Source: Ionaspis alba (lineage: Eukaryota). From it: a stretch of 46,678 bases of DNA. Of the stretch, positions 38,992-46,678 are shown piece after piece. Under the pieces are notes generated by a model. The model saw only the letters and a list, made by a program, of their open reading frames with translations, was not told the DNA's origin and searched no databases. Location: positions 1 to 46,678 of the forward strand of contig CAXUUL010000049.1 of NCBI GenBank assembly GCA_964255285.1. The letters are read 5' to 3'. The stretch's first letter is position 1. Every line of letters starts with the position of its first letter. The translations under genes were made by a program, and so were the position numbers.

Positions 38992-40203
38992 ATGGCCGAT
39001 GACTTCCGGAAGCCTTTGCGCTTCACCACGCAACAGGATCTGGCCCACCGACTTGTCCTAGCCACCCTTACTGGCCGTGCAGTCCACATCTCCCAGATTC
39101 GCCCCTCGTCGCCCACGAATCCGGGGCTCGCTCCTCACGAGATCTCCTTTCTCCGCCTACTGGAAGCCGTAACCAATGGCTCCCACATCGAGATATCCTA
39201 CACCGGCACCACACTTGTCTATCGTCCCGGCCTCATCACAGGTAGTGCACCTGGCTCTGGTGCAAGCGGAGGTGTGATCCGCCATGAGGTGCCAGCTAGC
39301 TGTACCAGAGGTATCAGTTATTTTCTGCTTCCACTCTGCCTTCTTGCTCCTTTTTCCAAAGCTCCCATCAATGTTCTCTTTACTGGACGAGGTGTCATCA
39401 CATCGGCAACACCAACAGGAGATGTGTCTGCCGATAGTGTACGTACAGCATTACTACCTCTATATGGCCAGTTTGGGATAACGAACAACATCGAGCTGAG
39501 GATACTGCGGCGGTCAAACCCAGGAACTGGTGGAATGGGTGGTGCTGGAGAGGTGCATTTGGTCTTCAGCCATCAGGTACGGTTGCCCAAGACTATTCAT
39601 CTCTTAAACGCCGGACGGATCAAAAAAATTCGAGGTGTGGCATATTGTACCGGTGTTTCGGCGTCGAACAATGCGAGGATGATCGAAGCCGCCAGAGGAG
39701 TATTGAATCCCTTAGCAGGAGACACATACATCTTCTCCGATGTATCGTCTGCTCCGTTTTCATTCTCGCTGGACGCGTCAAACCTGAATGGGAAGGGCAA
39801 GATCGGAGTGGGGTTTGGTCTCTCTCTTGTTGCGGAGTCATCGACTGGTTCTCTATTTTCGGCAGATGTGGCTTCACCGCCGTTGGGCGGTCAGACGCCA
39901 GAAGAGATCGGGCTGCGATGTGTCCATCAATTGTTGGAGATTATTTCCGTCGGTGGAGTTGTCCCTCTGACTTCGGCGTCGACAGTTTTGACGTTGATGG
40001 CCATGGGTTCCGGAGATGTGGGACGCCTACTGATAAGTAGAGATGTGCTGGGTTCTGAACAGATCGTGAGTCTTGGTCGAGATCTGAAGGCTTTTGGTGC
40101 CAGTGGTTGGGGCATCAGAGACGGTCCTACATCGGCAGGAGAAACAGTCGTCGTCAGTGTCGTGGGCAGGGGCGTTGCAAACGTGGGGCGCAAGATTGCT
40201 TGA
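38992..40203 (+). CDS. RCL1: Rcl1 RNA 3'-terminal phosphate cyclase-like protein (18S rRNA biogenesis), single exon, ~403 aa
   Basis: Motifs HRLVLATLTG, PGLAPHEISFLRLL...NGSHIEISYTGT, LAPFSK, GRIKKIRGVAY and a C-terminal GRGVANVGRKIA. Confidence 0.95.
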   Translation: MADDFRKPLRFTTQQDLAHRLVLATLTGRAVHISQIRPSSPTNPGLAPHEISFLRLLEAVTNGSHIEISYTGTTLVYRPGLITGSAPGSGASGGVIRHEVPASCTRGISYFLLPLCLLAPFSKAPINVLFTGRGVITSATPTGDVSADSVRTALLPLYGQFGITNNIELRILRRSNPGTGGMGGAGEVHLVFSHQVRLPKTIHLLNAGRIKKIRGVAYCTGVSASNNARMIEAARGVLNPLAGDTYIFSDVSSAPFSFSLDASNLNGKGKIGVGFGLSLVAESSTGSLFSADVASPPLGGQTPEEIGLRCVHQLLEIISVGGVVPLTSASTVLTLMAMGSGDVGRLLISRDVLGSEQIVSLGRDLKAFGASGWGIRDGPTSAGETVVVSVVGRGVANVGRKIA

Positions 40204-40970
40204 TAGACAGAGGCCCCCGACAGCTGTGAAGACGATCCGGAGAAAGATCGCAGCTGCTGATGCTGCAAAGGCTTGCTCATAGCTTTATGAATCCGCTCAT
40301 GGAATGGCAGGCCTGGTCAAGTCTTGTCTGATGAACGACATCTTCCTCGATCTTTGCGGGAAATGGAAAGTCTTGGAGCTGCAAGGTCACTCTCTAGGAC
40401 TCCTAGATCGTTGGGCCATGTTTCAATTTGAACTAGATCCGCAGGAGCTTAAACATCGTTCCCACCTAGATCAGTGCTAAGGGAAGGGAAGAGGAGTCTT
40501 GTACTGGTATGCTCCGGAAAGAACAACCAAGGTCTGGAAGCTCAGAGTCCCTGCCCAGAGCAACGCCTTTGAGAGCTTGCCCCCATATGGCCCTACTTCC
40601 TGTGTACCTTGGAGATAGTCGGAATCGAAATCCGCGAACTTGGCTTGGGTGATTAGAGTTTGGATTGTGTACTTTCGTCCGTCTAAATTGAAAGGGTAAG
40701 AGATCTTTCTTGTATATATAGCTGCGATTCCCCTCACAGACTTGTTCTTCTCTCCATCATTTTGAATACTCTCCTAGTGATTATTTCGTCCATCGACAGT
40801 ATAACATCCACTACTTTTATCCCATCTTCTTTCTTGTCTACAACACAGCTCTCCTTTGCCCATCTTTTCGCTTCTTCCCGGACAATCCGTACCCCCATCT
40901 ACATCGATACCCTTTCCGATCCCTTCCCTCTCCCTTCCTTTCCCTCTCCGAACCTACCGTCCATTCCACA

Positions 40971-41324
40971 ATGGGCTCATACACCCACACCTACATGGCC
41001 CCCACCATGCCTTCCTGCGACTCCATGAGTTCTATCGGCTCTGCGGCGGCGAACTGGTCCCGCACTTCCACCGACGAACGCCCTGAAGAATGTTTTCGTT
41101 TCTCCGACGGATCGTACTTTGCCAATTCCATCCTCGCAAGCCAGGGTATTGCCGCCTGCGAAGCGTACCTCGCGCAAGTGAAGGCCTGCAATGAGGCCGA
41201 CAGGTTGCGAGCGGAGAAGCAGGCGGCGAGAAGGAAAGCGAGAGCAGCGAGCATGGAGAGGAAGTACCCGCGCGCGTTGGCATTCTTGGCCAGGGTTCGG
41301 GATTTCGCTCGGCGGCATCTTTGA
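40971..41324 (+). CDS. Small orphan protein, 117 aa
   Basis: TATATATA at ~40713, a long CT-rich leader, CACAATGG start context, and a helical basic C-terminus. No known family recognised. Confidence 0.5.
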   Translation: MGSYTHTYMAPTMPSCDSMSSIGSAAANWSRTSTDERPEECFRFSDGSYFANSILASQGIAACEAYLAQVKACNEADRLRAEKQAARRKARAASMERKYPRALAFLARVRDFARRHL

Positions 41325-42289
41325 CGGCAGGAACGCTCCTCTGGATGCTCGGGACACTTTGTCCACAGGTATGTTGAGCTTCATTCCGTCGCGATTCGTG
41401 GCTGCCTTGGCTAATCTGATTCCAGTCCCTTCTTTCTTCGTCGGCAACGTTGAGATCCAGAATTCTAATTTCGACCTCCCCGTCCCAGTCTCAGATCACA
41501 GGCTTCCAGTTCGACAACCAGTGCAAGCCGTCGGGTGAATGTCTCTCAACCAAGTATACCAGTCACGAATGACAAGTACCTGAGGTGACCTAGATGTATG
41601 ACCTGTCACCCGAAGCATCACTTCGAGGAGTGACACTGGCTTGGGTCGATCCCATTGATGCAGCTAAAAAATTACGTCTCCGCTGCTGGCTATGCTGATG
41701 GACGGTTCGAGCTTGGAAGTGGGTTTCACAACACATGTCGTGCTAGAACCATCATGACCGCTGTTCCTCGACACTGCCGAACAGTTTGGATCTTGAGGTG
41801 ACATCAACAGGATGTGTGGAATCCTTGGAATTGTAGTACCATCGTGGGAATTTGGAAGCTTGCTACTCAAGTGTGGTGCAAATCATTGCCATTCCTTTAC
41901 ATACTACACAACCGTTGTATCAGATGACCGAAACATTAGAAAGCAATATCAATCAATATGCATGCATGCACGTACACTTGCACGATCACGCTTCTCTCGC
42001 TGTGTCAGCTGTCGGTTTCCAGAGTTACATATAATACTGGAAGTTCAGTACCGACGCACAATCTAGCAACTAGTGACACCAGACTGGACCGAGGAACGAG
42101 GTAGAAACCAGGTCTAGCGTAGCACTAGCCTCGTGCTGGTGGGGATAATCGCGCGGTACTAGCGTGATCATCGAGGATGGAAATGTGCGCCAAGCCTTGT
42201 TGACAGAGAGGGAAGGGCAAAGAAGAGTCTTCGAGAACACCGCTTTCTCCAATAGCGAATACCGGCTCTACGACCGCCTCAGACTGGCC

Positions 42290-43495
42290 ATGGCAACCTC
42301 TACCCCTCGTGCACGCCCCTCTCTCCGCGGCATTTCCTCATCTTACTCAACGACACCGACAATGTCGACGTCTGGGGATGTTGAGGTAGGCGACACGGTC
42401 GAGGTGCAGGGCGAAATGGATGGGACTGTGAGATTTGTGGGAGAAGTCAAAGGCAAGAAAGGTACCTTCGTCGGAGTCGAGCTGAGCAAAAAATGGGCGG
42501 CCCGGGGAAAGAACGATGGTGATGTGGACGGGTATGTTTAGAGCGAGCATCCATTCCCGCATCGCAAAAGTCACGACTGACTTTCTGCAAGGATACATTA
42601 CTTTTCTACTACCATAAGAGGCGCCGGTATATTCTTGCCCGTGGGGCGAGCCATAAAGCGCGTCTCTTCTCCACGCACGCCAGATACCCCGGCACACAAT
42701 TCGTTCAACGTACAGGACAAGGAAAGCCAGAGAGCGCCTACGCCTTCGCTACCTCCCAAAATTCGATCTCGTCCTTCTCTGCCACGACCCGAATCACCGC
42801 TGCGTCGAACAATGCAGACAGCAGGAGGTGGCGGCGCTGGTGTGGAGAGGGGAGCGGGTCGCCAGTCTCTGACCAACGTATCTCACAATCGACTCGGTTT
42901 GACGAAGACGACGGTCAGTCCAGCTCCAGCGAAGATGGCGGGACGACCTGTGCCAGCGAAGAACACAGCACGGGTGGAAGGAGATGAGATTGCCCAACTA
43001 CGCGCAATTATCCAGGAGAAGAACGAAAAGATTGCCGAACTCACCGCCGACTTCGATCGACACCGAGCGGACTTTCGAAATACAATAAACACATTGGATC
43101 TTGCAAGTATCGAGACCCAGCGAGTCTATGAGAAGCGAATCGACGATCTCCTGCTGGAGCAAGGGTCGCTGACGGCGCAGAATGAGGATGTTGTGAGTGT
43201 TGCATATCAGCTCCACCAACTTGAGGAGGTGGTGCAGGAGCTGGAAGATGGACTCGAGGACGCTCGGAGGGGCGAAGCTGAAGCCAGGGGTGAGGTCGAG
43301 TTTCTCCGCGGCGAAGTAGAAAGGGTCAGGGCAGAACTACGGCGGGAAAAGGAGAAGGGCCAGGGCCAGGCTCAAATGCCTTTGAGTATCGGGCACGATC
43401 AGCCAGCGGCAGCTGTCTTCGATGCCGACAAATGGTGTGCGTTGTGCGAGGAGGATGGGCATGATAGTATCAGCTGTCCGTATGATAAATCATAA
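42290..43495 (+). CDS. CAP-Gly / coiled-coil / C-terminal zinc-knuckle protein (CLIP-170/Bik1/Tip1-like), 2 exons (42290-42531, 42592-43495), ~381 aa
   Basis: CAP-Gly motif GTVRFVG...FVGVEL...GKNDGDVDG|IHYF...GIF, then a coiled coil and WCALCEEDGHDSISC. Confidence 0.88.
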
Positions 43496-43743
43496 CGAGC
43501 ATTGGAATCGGTATATTATCGGCAAAAAAGCCCTTGAAAATGCTGAATATCCAAACGTCTTGCTCGACGAAGGATTCCATGTTTCCGAAGATATGTCTAT
43601 GAGCCACATTATCGAGTTGTGGTAGGAGAAAATAACTCAATCCCACGTTGTGCCCCTGCGCGTCTCAGGTCGGTCGGCGGAATTGCGACTCGTAGCAGCC
43701 TGACCTCAACAACCTATCCGCCGCGTGATCGTGATCATCAGCC

Positions 43744-45119
43744 ATGGCGCAGTACTTGATGGACCTATTATACTCTCTGACGAATTGCATTTTTTGTTTT
43801 CCTGGTTCACCACAGTTGAAGATCAGTGGGAAGAGCTTCAAGATATTGCGGCTCCTCGGAGAAGTACTGGACTTCCTCCTCGCGACGTTGCCAATAATGT
43901 CAGAGACTGATCGAATTGTCTAGGGCGGCTTTTCGTACGTCTATCTCGTCCAAGAAAGCTCCACCGGCCACCTTTATGCGCTCAAGAAAATCCGTTGTCC
44001 TTTTGGACAGGAATCTGTGTCTCTGGCCTTGAAAGAGGTCGAAGCCTACAAGCTGTTCACGCCACACCCCAATATCATCACATCCATTGATCATAATGTC
44101 ACATCTGCCAACGACAAGTCCGACCCTGGCAGCAAAACAGTTTATATCCTCCTCCCCTACTATCGAAGGGGAAATCTGCAAGATGCCATCAATGCCAATC
44201 TCATCAATCATTCTACGTTTCCAGAGCGGAGGCTCATGATATTGTTCTTGGGAGTAGCTCGTGCGCTGAAAGCGATGCATCAATACAAGGTCAAAGGCGC
44301 ACCAGGGGGGCCCACTGCACTCAACAAAGCTCGAGCAATACGTCGGGAGGGGGCAGAAGCAGACGAGGATGCAAGTCGGCAGGCGAAACGAAAACGCGAC
44401 AGAAGTGACCGTGAGGAGGGCGATATAGAGAATCAGCCATTGATGGGAAACGAGGTCACTCGGAGTCAGGAAGGAGTTGACGATGGAGAATTGCGCGCTT
44501 ACGCGCATCGAGATATCAAGCCAGGTGAGCCCTCCCGCTGCCGCTCAGCCTGGGCCATTACGAAGGGCGTTAAGGATGAGAATTTAAAGCTAAAACTTCC
44601 ATAGGAAACATCATGATCGCTGACGACGGCAAGACACCGGTGCTCATGGACCTCGGATCTCTTGCCCCTTCGCCCACGGCGATCACGTCGCGGTCTCTAG
44701 CGCTGGCGGTACAAGATGCGGCAGCGGAACATTCGACCATGCCATATCGAGCTCCGGAACTTTTCGATGTCAAGACCGGATCCATCATCGACACGAAAGT
44801 GGATATATGGTCGTTAGGCTGTACACTCTATGCATGCCTGGTCGGAAAGAGCCCGTTTGAAGCTCGAAGCGAGGAAACGGGCGGCAGTCTCAGTATCTGC
44901 GTTCTAGGAGGTGACTGGAGGTTCCCAAGTGAGAAACAGACAAACGGGAATCCGAAACCGCCTGTTCAGCCGGATGACGATGGAATTAGTGGATCGGTCA
45001 AGGAGGTGGTGCGGAAATGCTTGCGAGTGGAAGCTGGTGATCGACCGGATATTGACGAGCTGATCACTATGGTTGAAGACTGCATTGCTCAGCTCCCTGA
45101 GGGCAATCTTGATCTTTAG
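43744..45119 (+). CDS. ENV7: NAK-family Ser/Thr kinase, Env7/STK16-like, 3 exons (43744-43863, 43924-44524, 44605-45119), ~411 aa
   Basis: N-terminal CIFC (palmitoylation-like), LGE|GGFSYVY, YALKKIRC, HRDIKP|GN, MDLGS, TMPYRAPELF and DIWSLGC. Confidence 0.9.
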
Positions 45120-45385
45120 AACAGTGATAATTTTCTCGCCATCCCTTTTGTCGAATTTAACCAGATTCCCCCATCTTCCACTTGACAACCTTTGCACAAC
45201 TCAGTGATTCCGTTATTTTCAGTATCAACTAGTATGTGCAATGCTCCACAACTTCTCAGAGACCCATAACGATAATCTTCTAGGTAGTCTTCTACCCTCC
45301 CCAGGTCCATCAAACGTCATACTCCTACGAAATACCACATCCTTTTCTAGCAAACGCATTACCAGGCGCTGCAGACTTCCTCACT

Positions 45386-46031
45386 ATGCCCAGCGTGTCT
45401 AGGGATAGTAAGCTGGACAACACGTGATTACAATCGCTCAGCTAGCATACTTGTTCTAGGGTCGGCTTTCTTCGAGAGCATGATGAACTGTCCGACTACC
45501 ATGTGGATTATCCTCAAGCTCACACATGAGCTTGAGGAAGTCACTTCTCGACGCGCTCTCCATCCGCACCTTATTGAAACCAAAACGCTCAATAACTCCA
45601 CCATACTATCCTACCTCGAGGCAGTGGAGATCAATCCAGACGATCTGCCTGGCTGTGTCAACCTCTTCTATTTGCTCCGAGTTCAATGCACGGCGACAGC
45701 AATAGCCGTCTCCCTCCAAGCCCATACTGCCATGATGATGTCGATGTTTCAGCAACAACCCGGCTGCCGACTACAGCAGCAGCTCATCAACTTCGCGGAA
45801 AAAGCACTGGTCGATCAATTCGAATGGACAGTGTACATGATGACTCATTACCCAGGGTTGGCGGACTACTTTGCTTTCTCTGATGTTTATGCATTAGCCC
45901 GCACCATCATTCTCCGTCCTGACGACAATCTCAATAATGCCCACGGCACATTGCTCGACCTCAGTACAAAACCACATGCTACCAACGAATCTGGGATCCT
46001 CGCTGTCGGCCATGATGTTGTATGCGATTGA
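45386..46031 (+). CDS. Orphan hypothetical protein, 2 exons (45386-45407, 45460-46031), ~197 aa
   Basis: A short ATG exon with a GTAAGC donor and TTCTAG acceptor splices in frame into the 45480 ORF. No family recognised. Confidence 0.45.
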
Positions 46032-46439
46032 GGAGACTTTCGTCTTGTCGTTGAGATGGGACACCTCTCGTACAAGTATAAAATGGGCTTATATTTGTGC
46101 ATCTCTGCGAAGGTATAGGTCTCACTCCCTACTGCTCTAAAATACTAAGACCTTTGACAGCTCTAACACTTCCACCATTTACATGATAGCTAAATGGGCT
46201 ATGGCAATCGTGTCGGTGCAGTAATGGTTGGATTGAGACTGAGATATATCGATGGAGGTCAAAACTGTCAGATATGACATTGACTCGTAGTCCGTTTTTT
46301 TGGTCTAACCATGTAGATGCAGCCAGGAGTGGAAGATGGGACAGGAATACCTTAAGAAATTCCCACCCAATTGGGATAGATAAGAGTAGGAGTGGAATTG
46401 GGAGGGAATAGGAGAGAATTTTGATTTTTGTCCCGTTCT

Positions 46440-46678
46440 AAAGTAAGATTTCAATATTTTAATCCTATTTTTAGGTGAGATGGGTAAAAAATCGAAAATT
46501 CTCAAAATACCCGATAATTATATAAATAATTATATAATATTAAAATTTATATAATTTTTTTTAATTAAATCAAAAAGTTAATATATTTTATAATTTATTT
46601 TAAATCGAAAAAAAGTTTGATTTAATAAAAAAAAATACGCGAAAATTTCTACTATTTTATTTTATTAAAATATAATAA
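46440..46678. other. Onset of extremely AT-rich DNA, probably a RIP-degraded repeat or transposon compartment
   Basis: Abrupt loss of G+C, with runs of A/T and TpA and no ORFs. Confidence 0.55.

Noticed and set aside
1..46678. tRNA genes, CRISPR arrays, intact transposons, secondary-metabolite cluster
   Set aside because: I saw no cloverleaf with A/B boxes, repeat-spacer array, transposase/RT motifs or PKS/NRPS domains.

Overview
Gene-dense nuclear DNA of a filamentous ascomycete (Pezizomycotina, inferred from ~50-nt GT-AG introns with CTRAC/CTAAC branch sites and from gene content). About 19 genes, most of them spliced, can be reconstructed by hand: a membrane protein, SNX4/ATG24, KEX2, a large PhoD-like phosphatase (with a coding 15-bp tandem repeat spanning an assembly gap), a WSS1-type WLM protease, a DUF1776 protein, YTH1, a GH18 chitinase, VPS53, TVP38, a coiled-coil protein, a CCCH/SMR protein, BNA1, RCL1, a CAP-Gly/zinc-knuckle protein, an ENV7/STK16-type kinase and three orphan ORFs. 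The window ends in very AT-rich, RIP-like DNA. The most notable unexplained signal is a ~400-nt intergenic segment (34331-34727) that folds into nested long helices with mostly + strand G-U pairs, a candidate ncRNA I could not assign to a known family. The second is a 318-nt in-frame, stop-free exitron candidate in the PhoD-like gene. All calls are by eye; no searches or folding programs were run.
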